Positions 1-12,278 are shown, numbered from the stretch's first letter. The stretch: DNA of 64,000 nucleotides from Octopus sinensis (GCF_006345805.1 NC_042998.1:58838001-58902000), one strand, 5' to 3'. Translations and numbers: made by a program. Notes: a model not told the origin generated them from the letters alone.

Positions 1-359
1 GACAAATATTGAATAGCGCTGATTACATACACATGTGTGAGTTCCACGCCCATTGTGGGGTAGCGGCATTGCTCAAATTGTGTGTGTCTCTCTCTCTCTC
101 TCTCTCTTTATATATATATATATATATGTATGTATGTGTGTATGTGTGTATGCGCGTGTGTGAGTGTATATGTATATAGGCGAAGTCAGCTTGATAAAGC
201 CGACCCTCTCAAAACTATATAGGAATATTATACTGTTTAAACCTCGCACTGAACGCTCACACACCCACTAACAAATGATTTAGTTGATTTTCACTGATGA
301 TCTTGGAATTAAGAGTTCGAATCCCCATTGTGGCACATCGAGCTATTGGATAGTTTTAG

Positions 360-540
360 AATGTTTTATTGTTCACATCCAGATCCATGAAATCCATTAT
401 CAAAGGATATCCAATCGCCACCATCATTTTCTTTTATCAAATACTCTATATCTAGTAGCATATTATCATCCAATGTATTCTATTTTAAGACAATAAGGTA
501 TGATTCGAGGGAAACATTGCTGCCATTTTTGCCAGGTCGG
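360..540 (-). repeat. Degenerate copy of a dispersed repeat (family E); further copies near 19590-19640, 34610-34790, 35060-35160, 46400-46490
   Basis: Shared motifs between loci by eye (gagatttggctg..tagcaggtcga; acattggataatgtagt..tagata..gggatggtca..ctggaat). Confidence 0.5.
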
Positions 541-1102
541 TATGAAGATTGTATCGAGTTTTAACTAGATTCCATTGGCGGTATCATTCAGTTTCATTGT
601 TGTGTTGTAGTGTACGTTATTTCATCAGAGAGAAATTCCAAGTTCAATTTATTCGGCAGATAGAGCCGTAGTAGATCTAAATAAAGTCTAGCGAGGGACT
701 TACCCCTCTGCCATTTAACACATGAAGTCCACCACACAATCCACCACACACACACACACCACACACACACACACACACACCACATACAAACATACACATA
801 TATAAAGTTCGTAGATGAGATCCAGATATTCTCCGTATATAATACACTTAGTAGTGCTCAAGAGAATTAAACTTGAGCGGATATAGAAACAAATGTAGGG
901 ACAAGCAAGTTAGACAGATCAGTATATAAAGTATATTAAATACATGAACTGCAAAAAATGTATATATGTATACATATAAAAAAAGGTCCGACTTACACAA
1001 AATAGAAATGATATAGAAAATTAAAGGGGTGTTCCTCATCCCCTTTAATTCTCTATATCGTTTCTGTTCTGCATAAGTCGGATATTTTTTATACTTATAC
1101 GT

Positions 1103-1158
<56 letters not shown>

Positions 1159-1177
1159 TATGTATATATATATATAT

Positions 1178-1462
1178 CATGTGATCACGTGTCCGACCTG
1201 GCTACACATCGCTAGTCACAATACGCTTTGCATTGTTTTAGCCTTCAAATGACGCCACACCGCTGGCTAAGCGAGCAGGCCAAACAGAAGAAAGATTGAG
1301 AGAAAGAGTACAGCAGAGATCGCCACCACCCCCTGCTGGAGCCTCGTGGAGCTTTAGGTGTTTTCGCTCAATAAACATTCACAACGCCCGTGCTGGGAAT
1401 CGAAACCGTGATCCTACGACCGCGGGTCCATTGCCCTAACCACTGGGCCATTGCGCCTCCAC
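1178..1462 (-). mobile_element. tRNA-derived SINE, family C
   Basis: Minus strand starts gtggaggcgcaatggcccagtggttaggg (A box), then ggtttcgattccc (B box); head and core shared with 7270-7426; tail shared with 10125-10243. Confidence 0.85.
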
Positions 1463-1582
1463 ACAAACACATATATCTTTTGTATTTCATGTATTTAATA
1501 TACTTTATATATTGATCTGCCTAACTTGCTATTCCTACATTTACTTATACACACAGACACACACACGCACACACACACACAC

Positions 1583-2065
1583 ATGAGGTGCGTTCAAGAA
1601 GTATGCCCCCCCCCATTTGTCTCCTGTTTGTTTACTACCCGCAAGGGGCTAAACATAGAGGGGACAAACAAGGACAGACATAGGTATTAAGTCGATTACA
1701 TCGACCCCAGTGCCTCCTATCATATCTAATCCCGCGTGGACAAAACCCTTTGCGTGCATGAAATATTTTGTGCCGGTAAGCCTCAGAAGTTCTTGGCTGC
1801 AAATTGTAGAGTACAAACGTGTAGCGTACGACCATGTTTGAGGCAGTTCTACTACTCCCTGATCTGAGTTTTACCTATGGCATCTTTGCCAAAAGCCTAC
1901 TGAATCTTCTGGATGGTTTGAACTTGAGTGTCACCAAGCTTTTGGCAAAAGTTGATGCGGTATTAGTTTTGTCAAGTAAAAATAAAGTCGGGTACCACAC
2001 ACACACACACACACACACACACAACACACACGTGTTTAGTATTTTCTGACACCCATCCACTCGTA
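1583..2065 (-). pseudogene. Internally deleted mariner element (N-terminal HTH relic), interrupted by a SINE-A tail at 1631-1713
   Basis: Minus translation of about 1825-1965: CINFCQKLGDTQVQTIQKIQ*AFGKDAIGKTQIRE**NCLKHGR, like mariner N-termini; degenerate TIR-like ends tgaggtgcgttcaagaagta and (rc) tacgagtggatgggtgtcagaaaata. Confidence 0.65.
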
Positions 2066-2407
2066 TAGGGCTTTATGGAGCTCATGCCATGAACTTTAGC
2101 TTTGTGAATTCGCAATCCCTTTGTCACAGAGGACTTAAGCCAGTGCTTCATAATAATCTAGACATTGATGCAAAGGCGAATTGTTTTATGTAGAATTTGA
2201 ACTCAAGCTACCAGATAATTTACCGAAAGTGCTCTCTTCCGACACTCTGGCAATTCCGCAAATTCACCGCTCTACATTGGTTATCACAACATCGAAAGAA
2301 TGAATGGCAAAACTGCTTTCGACAGAATTTGAACTCAGTGCATAGAGGATACAAACGAATACCGCAATGCATGCTATCCGATACTCCACTAGTTAGAGAG
2401 TGAGAGA

Positions 2408-2459
<52 letters not shown>

Positions 2460-3081
2460 CTGAAAGAGGCAGTTAGAAGCATGCATGAACACACACACAT
2501 ACGTGTAGCTTAATACTAGCTTATCTTTGAGTCATATGTCGCATCTCATTGAAAATGTTGCTTGATCTCTTTTCCATTATTTTATTTAAAAGATATTCCA
2601 CTATCTTTTGTTTGTTTGCGATTGAATTCGAATATTAATTCTTCGCAAACCGAAAACACACCAAGAGACACAGAATTGTGAAGCTTTGTGGAAGCTGTTC
2701 CCAACGATATATATCATAGTAAAAAGGGAAAGAAAATCTGCAGTGTGATTACATATTATATTGTATATAATAGTGAAGCAGAAACAAATAAACAAAAAAC
2801 ATTATGTCGAGTATGATTACGGATTATTACTTCGTGAGCATAAGTCTTCTTTCACCTCTGACGTTTAATTAAAATCAAAATATTTTGTTGAAGAATAATA
2901 CGGAAATACTTTATATAAGGCTAAACTACAGAAGTATATTGCAGAGGAAAATCAGCGAATTCACACAAGCACAACATAGAGGGCTCATACACACGCGTAC
3001 TTGTACATACATGCATAAAAAACACATATACATATGCATACATATAGAAGATATATATATATACAATCCTTAAGGAATATG

Positions 3082-3127
<46 letters not shown>

Positions 3128-3496
3128 TATATATACATATGTGTGTGTAGGTGTGTGTATGTGTCTATTTACACACAACCATTTACAACACGTCATAAAG
3201 GGACATTCATACAAATTCATTATATTCACGTACAAACACACAAATATATAAAACAGATATAACAAACAAACAAACGATAATGAAAATAAAACTCTTCAAA
3301 AAACATAGTTAATTAAAACAAGTTCATTTTGTCAATGAATATTCTAAATATACTGTTACATAAACGATTTGACAAATTAGAGCTAGGAAAATTAGAGCTA
3401 AATATATTTAAAAATAAGTGGGGGCGAAATGAAAATGAAAGAGTAATATAGTAGGGGACAAGGGAAAAACACCTTAAAAAACGATTTTGCAAATAA

Positions 3497-3747
3497 CGAT
3501 AATAATAATAATAATAATAATAATAATATATATAATAATAATAATATAATAATAATGATATAATATAATAATATAATAATACAATAATAATATAATATAA
3601 TAATATAAAATAGTGATAATAATAATAATAGTAATAATGATAAGGATGATGATGATGATAATGATAATAATAATAATGATGATAATGATAATAATAATAG
3701 TAATAATAATAATAATAATAATAATAGTAATAATAATAATAATAATA

Positions 3748-3786
<39 letters not shown>

Positions 3787-3811
3787 TAATAATAACAACA
3801 ACAACAGCAAC

Positions 3812-3877
<66 letters not shown>

Positions 3878-3896
3878 AATGATAATGATGATGTTG

Positions 3897-3940
<44 letters not shown>
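3497..3940. repeat. Compound trinucleotide microsatellite (AAT)n/(GAT)n/(AAC)n/(GAA)n
   Basis: Direct reading. Confidence 0.95.
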
Positions 3941-3944
<4 letters not shown>

Positions 3945-4166
3945 TTGCGAAAATTAGAAAGAAAGACAAAAGAGCAGGTACAAGCCTATTGTAATTTTGC
4001 ATTCGATCGTTAGCGGAAATTAGACGAAAAACAAAACAGTGTCTTTGGAAACAGGAGAATGATATATAAAATTACAAGAACTCTCTCATTTTCTCACTCC
4101 TGTTTTTTTTTTCTCGCTTGCTCTTTTTTGTTCTTCTCACTTTCTCTCCTTTCTTTCCCCATTTCA

Positions 4167-4204
<38 letters not shown>

Positions 4205-4430
4205 GCCTTAATGAAACAAGTCTAAAGAACAAGAACGATCTTATAGAAATAGAGATAATTTTGTGTAATGTGTTATATTAATTAAGCTTGAACGAACGAC
4301 CCCCCGCCGTCATCTTTCTCTTCGTGTAACAATACTTATACCGACGACACCATCACCGCCGCCGCCACTACCTACTCCACAACTAATTCATTTTCGCTCA
4401 CACGTTCAAACGCACTATATTAACAGTGAT

Positions 4431-4461
<31 letters not shown>

Positions 4462-4627
4462 GCTGCAACGTTCACAGTCATACAAGCGTGTTTTCACATG
4501 AACCCGCACATCCACACAAGAATAGGCAGGTATCGCATGTTCAAGATCAATCAATGTAAATTAAACCAATTATAAAAGCAAAAAAAAAAAAACCCTCGCA
4601 ATTTCTTCGCTGTGTTCTAATTGAGTA

Positions 4628-4713
4628 TATGCACGCACACACGCACATATACACACACGCACACGCATGCATACACACACACACACACAAACAGACGCTC
4701 ATATACAGAGATG

Positions 4714-4752
<39 letters not shown>

Positions 4753-4860
4753 GTGTGTGTTGTGTGTGTTGTGTGTGTGTGTGTTGTATTATATATATGT
4801 TTATATGCATACACACATATATATAAATGCATACACACACATATATATATGTATATATAC

Positions 4861-4950
<90 letters not shown>

Positions 4951-5058
4951 GTATGTGTTTTTGTGTGTATGCGTAATTATAAGTTTATTTGCATGTGTAT
5001 ATGTGTGAGTAGATATATATCTGTGTGTGTGTGTATGTATATATATATGTACGTATAC

Positions 5059-5098
<40 letters not shown>

Positions 5099-5280
5099 CA
5101 GACACACACGCATATATAGATATATATATATATAGAGTGAAAGGGAGAGAAAGAGAATGAAAAAGAAAAGGAGAGATAGAGAGTGTGAGAGAAACACAGG
5201 AAGAAATATGTGTGTGTATGTATGTATGTATGTATAGATGGATAGATAGATGGATAGATAGATACACAGATAGATAGGTA
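4628..5280. repeat. Compound (CA)/(TA)/(GT)/(TATG)/(AGAT) microsatellite block
   Basis: Direct reading; accounts for the overlapping YI/HT/VC ORFs. Confidence 0.95.
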
Positions 5281-5679
5281 ATTAAATATAGAAACTCACA
5301 CATGCATAGACCTTTGTTTAATTCTTTATAAATAGAGAAACGAATGGAAAAAGCATCATTTCTTTATTTATTCATAGTTGAATTCTGCCGAACAATTCAC
5401 CTTAACATGTCAGGTTTGATAATACATCTAAAACTTAGCCTGACATGCAGCCGAACAAAATTATATATATTACTCTACAGTTCTCTGTTGTGATACGCTA
5501 TATTTTAATTTCTTCAGACGATGCGCTAAAACACTTTGCGGCAATTAAATGCACAGATAAATAAAAAAGTGAAGCAGAACGTTAAGGTGTGAGTGAGGTG
5601 ATGGTGGGTTGTGGTAAGGTTATTAAAAGGTTTTCGCAACCTCGTGAAATCTTCGTGACTTAAGTTATAAATGTAGATT

Positions 5680-5980
5680 GGCGCTGGCGTCACTGTGTGA
5701 GTGAATTTGGTTGACGACAACCAAAAGAAGTCCGTCGTATATATATATATATAGAGAGAGAGGGGGTGTCTGTGTTTGTCCCCCCGCCGTCGCCTGACAA
5801 CCGAAATTGGCGTGTTTATGCCCCTAACATAGCGGTTCAGCAAAAGACACCGATAGAATAGGTGCTAGGCTTAATAAGAATAAGTCCTGGGGCAATTTGT
5901 TCGACTATAACACTCCAAGGCAATGCTCCAGCGTGGCTGCCGTCAAATGACTAAGACAAGTAAAAGAATAAAGGAATAAA
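5680..5980 (+). mobile_element. tRNA-derived SINE family B, headless copy
   Basis: Body and tail (gtgagtgaatttggt..gtccgtcgtatata..gacaaccg..cgatagaata..gtcaaatgact..acaagtaaaaga) match 49616-50042. Confidence 0.75.
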
Positions 5981-5994
5981 AGAATATATGTTTA

Positions 5995-6616
5995 GGTGCA
6001 GCCATGGTTGTCTGGTTAAGAAGCTCACTTTGCGAGTGTGTGGTTTCGGGTTCAGTTCCTTTATGCGGCACCTTGGGGAAAATGTCTTCTACTATAACCC
6101 CAGAAACGTTAGCACGCCGGGCGAAGTGCGTAGCCGTATTTCGTCTGCCTTTGCGTTCTGAGTTCAAATTCCGCCGAGGTCAACTTTGCCTTTCATCCTT
6201 TCGGGTTCGATTAAATAAGTACCAGTTACGCACTGGGGTCGATGTAATCGACTTAATCCGTTTGTCTGTCCTTGTTTGTTCCCTCTGTGTTTAGCCCCTT
6301 GTGGGTGGTAAAGAAATAGGTATTTCGTCTGTCGTTACGTTATGAGTTCAAATTCCGCCGAGGTCAACTTTGCCTTTCATCCTTTCGGGGTCGATAAATT
6401 AAGTACCAGTTACGCACTGGGGTCGATGTAATCGGCTTAATCCGTTTGTCTATCCTTGTTAGTCCTCTCTATGTGAAGCCCCTTGTGGGCAGTAAAGAAA
6501 TAGGAAATTGGGAGAAGCTCGTCCTGTATATGTGTGTGTGTGTGCATGCTTGTCTTCCCCACCATCGCTTGACAACCGCTACTGGTGTGTTTACGTCCCC
6601 GTAACTTAGCAGTTCC
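5995..6616 (+). mobile_element. SINE-B copy interrupted by a SINE-A dimer (6102-6503)
   Basis: B head ggtgcagccatggttgtctggttaagaagct..gggttcagttcc at 5995-6101; B body resumes at 6504 (gaagctcgtc..cgcttgacaaccg). Confidence 0.75.
6102..6503 (+). mobile_element. SINE family A (most abundant repeat), head-to-tail dimer
   Basis: Two units with B box gagttcaaattcc, hairpin gtcgatgtaatcgac and tail ..gccccttgtggg..aaagaaata; second unit restarts at gtatttcg (6320). Confidence 0.9.
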
Positions 6617-6899
6617 CATAGAATTAATGTTAATGTTAGACTTTAAAAAAACAAATACTGGGCTCTATATTTGAATATAAATTCTTCAGAATGGTGTCTC
6701 AGGGTGGCCACTGTCTAATGATTGAAAAAAGTAAAAGGTAAAATATTATACATGTGTGTGTGTGTGTGTGTGTTTGCTTTTGTGGATGTCTGACCCACAG
6801 CTTAACAACCGATGTTCGATATAAATATTCGATGCGGTACTCCAACTTGGGCGCAGTTCCATGACCTCACCTAGCTTTATCATTTGTTGCTGTTGTCTT

Positions 6900-7426
6900 T
6901 TTCTTCTTCTTCTTCTTCTTCTTCTTCTTCTTCTTCTTCTTCTTCTTCCAATCAGGACTCACACCATTATTAGCCATAAAGAATAATCTCTAATTCGAGC
7001 CTACTCTAAGCTACTAAGAATGCGTGCGGCAACTTGAAGATCCACCCACTACACGTGATAGACTGGCGGTTGCACGGGCGCGAAAGCTACGTTGTTATCC
7101 TCATTCCGTAAACGGTGGCTTTTAACGGGTGGAGAGCTGAACCATCCTGGGGTACAGAGGATTCGCAATCTAGACTAGAGTCTGAAAGTTTACCACACCA
7201 CAGTGGGTTATACCATGATTCCTCTGCTTTGTGGAAGAAGGAGGAAGAAAGAGTAAGAGAAAGTTGTGGTGAAAGAGTACAGCGGTGTCCCCCCCCCCCA
7301 CCACCGGAGCCTCGTGGAGCTTAGGTGTTTTTGCTCAATAAACACTCACAATGCCCGGTCTGGGAATCGAAACCGCGTTCTTACGACCGCGAGTCCGCTG
7401 CCCTAGCCACTGCGCCATTGCGCCAC
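6900..7426 (-). mobile_element. SINE-C long variant ending in a (GAA)n tail; a third variant lies at about 7700-7875
   Basis: Same tRNA head and core as 1178-1462, different 3-prime module, (TTC)n at 6900-6948. Confidence 0.7.
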
Positions 7427-7889
7427 CACTTTTGATGCTGTTAGCAACCACGTTGAAAATGCAAAAAGCAGCAGAAATGCTCATGTGTTTCTATGTATAC
7501 GCACACAGACACACACACACATCCAAGCTCACATATAAAGCACAAACACTATATTAGTAAACTTATTTTGGTAGGTAAAAGGATTGTCATAATTTCTTTT
7601 CACTCTTTTGTGATTATGAAATATAATAGAATAAAACAACGCATTATGATATAATGCAATATAATATTGTTGTGGTTTGTTACTTCTCGAGCCACGCCTG
7701 GCACATAGGGGCCGGTTTCCAGGTTTCCTTGGCGTATAGGTTCCTCACCTGGACGGGTGAGCTGCAAAATGCAAGAAGAAAGGGCGAGAGAAAGTTGTGG
7801 CGAAAGAGTCAGCAGAAGTTCGCCAGCACCTTCTGCCGGAGCCGAGTAGATCTTAGGTGTTTTGCTCATAAACACACACAATTTCTACT

Positions 7890-8350
7890 GGAATGTGGTC
7901 ATAATGAATTCCAGATAGTGTAAGTCGCTGGGAAGCAGAGTATGTGCAACGTGAATATTTTGGCAGTTAATGGTAGTTTTGAACGAGGGAGATGTCTGAT
8001 CTCCTGGAAGAGTTTGAAACCAATGGAATCTCTTCCAGAACTGGAAGATGTTTCTCTTTCAAATCTGGTGACAAGGATGAAACGTGGATGTGTCTTTATG
8101 ACCCAGAAACGAGACTTGTGTCTATAGAATGGCATCATAATACTTCTCCATGACCTAAGAAGTTCAAGGGCCAGCGATTGGCACAAAAGTTACGGTGATT
8201 GTTCTGGGAGACAAGGACATCATTCTATTTGGTTTTCTGGAACGTGGCTGAACAAGACACTCAGAATGCTTAGAGAAACCATTTGGAGGAAAATATTGAA
8301 TAAGGGTCTGAAAGCATTCTATATTCACTATGAAAACTCTCGACCACATT
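7890..8350 (+). pseudogene. Mariner transposase relic (catalytic domain)
   Basis: Translates across frameshifts to DETWMCLYDPETRLVSIEWHHNTSP*PKKFK..DKDIILFGFLERG..IHYENSRPH, equivalent to mariner DETW/YDPE/HDNARPH motifs. Confidence 0.85.
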
Positions 8351-8351
8351 C

Positions 8352-8672
8352 AATTATATTATAATATATATTTTATAAATTGAGTATTGGGGTCTGTGGT
8401 GCTTGATTTTTATACTTAGTTGTAACTCAGGATAAATATACTAATTTCTTTTTTTGTGTATATGTAGTATATAAATATTATTTAAATATCATAGAAATAA
8501 TTAGAGATCTTAATGATATTTAAATTTAAATAGTATTTGAGTATAAAATAATTAATATAATCTTATTTTTTTAATTACATGTTATAAATAATTACTTTGT
8601 GTGTTATATTAATGTTATGTTTAATTTAATTATTTTAGGTATAATATTTTAGAATATTGGGTTATACAAGTT
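8352..8672 (+). pseudogene. nad5: Probable degraded NUMT: 3-prime end of mitochondrial nad5, possibly with the start of trnF
   Basis: Very AT-rich with G>C skew; invertebrate mitochondrial code gives NWVLGSV-WFLYLVVTQDKY..YKYYLNIMEMIS..FNYML*MITLCVMLMLCLI*, resembling the ND5 C-terminal GSMWFL region. Confidence 0.5.
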
Positions 8673-8751
8673 GGATACAAATCAGGCAATTGGCAAATTG
8701 TCTTGGTCTGTGGTTCTCCATCCAGCACAAATCTGATGTACTTGATTGGTA

Positions 8752-8886
8752 TATATTTTATTGTCCCTAAAAGGATGAAAGGCAAAGTCGACTTCGGCGG
8801 AATGTGAATTCAGAATGTGATGTATTGGAACACATAGCGCAAAGAATTTTCCTGAGACTCTAGCGATTCTGCCAGCTCGCTGCCCT
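8752..8886 (-). mobile_element. SINE-A, diverged copy
   Basis: aggatgaaaggcaaagtcgac..ggcggaat..gattctgccagctcgc. Confidence 0.8.
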
Positions 8887-9579
8887 AAGGAGCCAACTAT
8901 TTTCAAAAGGAATGACTGGTAATAATATGGTAACATTATCTGTGATTGTAATAAGCGACTCCCTGTGAATTTGAAACTGCTTCGATTCTGAAGTTGAGGT
9001 TAAAAGTGTGAAAAATTATAATCCTATTAATAGCAACCAGCATTTCATCTTTGATATTTAGATGTGTATAATTGTTTTCTAGTTTGTAATGTGATCTGGG
9101 TAGTCTGACTTTAAGGGTATGTTCGTTTTCATTAGTGTGTGCTTTTTTCTACGTGAGGAAATGTAAGTGTGTGTGTGTGTGTGCGTTTATATGAGTGTGT
9201 ACAGTTTCGCATCTTTCTGTATGTTTGTTTATTGTACGTAAATGTGTGTTGTGCTTTGTTGTTCCGTCTCTGTATTTCTTTATGTGCTTGTCTAAGTGTA
9301 TGTGTGTGTATGTGTGTAACCGAATTCTTGCACGTGTGGAGTTTGAGTATGAGAGAGATGAGGAAAATCGATTGCGGCGACTACGACGACATCATTGTTG
9401 TTGTTGACGACGATGACGACGTCGATGATAATGATGATGGTAATGATGATGATGATGATCATCATCATCATGCCGTTGCTCCTGCTGCTGAATCCGATGA
9501 CGATGATGGTGATGATGTAGATGATGATGCTATCGCTGCCGCCGATTATGATTATGATGATGGTGATAATGATGGTATA

Positions 9580-9636
<57 letters not shown>

Positions 9637-10035
9637 GGAATCGAAAAAGAGCGAAGAAAATGTCATTGAAGTATATTTTGAACCGCAACAATAAGACACC
9701 CTCACCCCTCTCCACTACCAACGGCGTGTGACAATATCGATCCGGAATCGGATGATCAAATAACTGCGGAGCTACAAGGGAAAATCATAGAGTTTAAAGG
9801 CGAAGTTTGGAACTCTGCTCAGCGAGGAGTCACATTTGTTAAGTAACTGAATCAACATTTGTTTCCTGCGGAGGATGCGAAACCGACACTGCGTGTTTAG
9901 CTTTATCACTGTCTTGATATTTCAACCAACATTTTCAGCATGAGTTGGTTTTCCTATACTTCCGTTTCATCTTGTGACATACGTTCATACATACATACAT
10001 ACATACATACATACATACATACATACATACATAAA

Positions 10036-10102
<67 letters not shown>

Positions 10103-10242
10103 TGTTTATATATATATATATATCACCGTGATCACCGTTACCGACCGGGCTATCAGATATTGCTACACATCGCTGGTCACAATGCACTTCCCTTTGTTTT
10201 AGCCTTTAAATGACGCCACCCCGCTGGCTAAGCGAGCAGGCC

Positions 10243-10287
<45 letters not shown>

Positions 10288-10355
10288 ATTCTATAAATTT
10301 GAACTATATATATATACACGTACATATACATATACATATACACATGTGTATATAG

Positions 10356-10441
<86 letters not shown>

Positions 10442-10444
10442 TAC

Positions 10445-10478
<34 letters not shown>

Positions 10479-10641
10479 TATATATACATATATATATATG
10501 TAATATATGTAGGTTTAAGAGACAGAACTACCTTCAAGAAACCCAAACAATATTGAACGACTTTATCTATGATAGAGAAAAATAAGATTAAAATTTATCA
10601 AAATATCTGCAATTCCTATTCTGAATATGTATTAAATTATA

Positions 10642-10747
10642 TAGACTACGCGCGTTTCATGACTATATATCTATCGGTATTGCTGAAATACAAGGTCTCA
10701 AATTCAATACCATATCAATCCGACTATACTGCCAATCTTCAGGTCTA
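10642..10747 (-). ncRNA. Type I hammerhead ribozyme with extended stem II (left arm)
   Basis: UAGAC-CUGAAGA-[long hairpin incl. GGUAUUG/CAAUACC]-GAAAC-GCGC-GUA-GUCUA: intact CUGANGA and GAAA, GUA cleavage triplet, 5-bp stem I. Confidence 0.8.
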
Positions 10748-10771
10748 GATTATATAAAACTATTTTAATCC

Positions 10772-10875
10772 AGACCTGAAGATTGGTAGTATAATCGGAT
10801 TGATATGGTATTGAATTTGAGACCTTGTATTTCAGCAATACTGATAGATATATAGTCATGAAACGCGCGTAGTCT
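10772..10875 (+). ncRNA. Type I hammerhead ribozyme with extended stem II (right arm)
   Basis: agac 10772-75, CTGAAGA 10776-82, GAAAC 10860-64, GCGC, GTA 10869-71, gtct 10872-75. Confidence 0.8.
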
Positions 10876-11084
10876 CCATAATCTAATATATATTCATAAT
10901 AGGAATTGTAGATATTTTTGATAAATTTTAATCTTATATATCTCAATCATAGATAATGTGTACTGGATCAATCTAATCGACTGGCCCACTCCCCCTAAAT
11001 TTCGAGCCTTGTGCCTAGAATAGAAAAGAATGAGCGTCCAATAACACTATTCTTGTTCCACGTCCTCGCGAAATTAAACAAAAG

Positions 11085-12278
11085 ACGAAGGCAGATGGTA
11101 TAGAAACGGAAATTGATAAAGTCTTTAACGTTTCGAGCCTACGCTCTTCTACAGAAAGAAACACAGAAAGAAACAAGGAAAGAAAAGAATGTGTGTAGTG
11201 GCTACCGATTTATCATGGCAAATGCCGGACAGAAGGGTCACAAGGAGAGCTAAGAAGAAGGGGAGATAACAAAGTAGTAGTGATCCCAAAACGAAGGTGC
11301 GCATGTGTGTAAGAGATTACGTAGGTGCGTGTGAAATAGGGCTGGTGATCTTAACATGTGTGTATGTGTAGGTGTGAAAATGTGGGGATGGGAAGTGGTC
11401 AGTTCTGGTGTGTGGGTGGTGGTGTGTTGTGATGTGATGTGTGGCGTGGTGTGATGTTGTTGGGGGTGGAGAGGCGAGAGTGGAGAAAGCACTGGTGGAG
11501 TGTGCGTTAGGCTGAGGATTGGGGTAGAGTTGGGGTATGTGGGTAGGTAGAGGGTGGGGCTAGATGTGGGGTTTGTGGGTAGGCAGAGGGTGGGGGTAGA
11601 AGTGGGGTATGTGGGAGAGGGTGTAAGGGATGGTATGGGGGTGGGATGGTAAGGATAGGGAATGTGGGGTAGGAATGTGTAGGGGTGGGGTGAGCTTATG
11701 GGGGAGGGTTGACGAAGAAGGAGGGAAGGGGGTGGGTATAAGAGAAGAAAGAAAGAGAGTAAGAGAGCAAGAGAGACGAGAGAATGAGAGTAGGGATGAA
11801 AAGAAGTAGGAGTCGGAGCAAGAGAGGAGAGGTAGGTGGGAGGAAGTAGGAGGGAGGGAGAGAGAAGCAAGTGGAGGAGGTTAGATGAAGAGGAGAGGAG
11901 AGTTTAGCCCGTGTGGCACAAAGGAGCGAAGAGAAAAGATTAATCCCTGTTCAGGGCACAAACGGGAGTCCGGATGACCGCTGTGCAAGGACAATCCGAA
12001 CACGGACAGGTGTTGCAAAGAGTGACCGGTAGAGCGGAAATGGCGTGAGACCGGGGTGTCATTGCCGAGGCGGATGTCTCAGAGGTGTTCCGCGAACCGG
12101 TCAGCCAAGCGGCGTCCCGTTTGTCCGATGTACAGAGAATGGCAGAGAGAGTGGGAGATGCAATAGATGATATTGGTAGAAGTGCAGGTGAAGGAATCGT
12201 TGATGTGATAGGGTCGATGATGGGTGCCGGTGAGGAGGGTGGTGTTGGAGAGGTAAGGGCAAATGCGGCAGCGTGGGC
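11085..12278 (-). mobile_element. 5-prime-truncated Penelope-like element: GIY-YIG relic (11881-12278), low-complexity 3-prime region, pseudo-LTR
   Basis: PRCRICPYL..FTCTSTNIIYCIS..LYIGQTGRRLADRFAEHL*DIR..PVSRHF..PHGLN; one nonsense codon. Confidence 0.9.
11122..11159 (-). ncRNA. Minimal hammerhead-like motif in the Penelope pseudo-LTR (A6U core variant)
   Basis: UCUUU-CUGUAGA-A-GAGC-GUAG-GCUC-GAAAC-GUU-AAAGA; stems I and II perfect. Confidence 0.7.

Larger units (their letters stand above)
10563..10956. mobile_element. Palindromic (fold-back) element 1: about 190-bp arms, 13-nt loop, one hammerhead per arm
   Basis: 10563-10752 is the near-exact reverse complement of 10766-10956; loop tataaaactattt. 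Confidence 0.9.

Noticed and set aside
292-330. CTGATGA followed by a small hairpin
   Set aside because: No GAAA after the stem and no stem I or III; other lone CTGATGA hits (about 17600, 47010, 56980, 59310) fail the same way
365-478. Minus-strand exon-like frame NTLDDNMLLDIEYLIKENDGGDWISFDNGFHGSGCEQ*
   Set aside because: The interval and its apparent acceptor align by eye with repeat family E (e.g. 35060-35160), so it is probably a chance frame in a decayed repeat
9700-9846. Protein-like frame TACDNIDPESDDQITAELQGKIIEFKGEVWNSAQRG
   Set aside because: No convincing acceptor/donor pair or recognisable homology; unresolved
10753-10759. TATAAAA in the loop of palindrome 1 as a bidirectional promoter
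   Set aside because: Only about 15 nt from the ribozyme, so a start 25-30 nt downstream would fall inside it; AT-rich chance match
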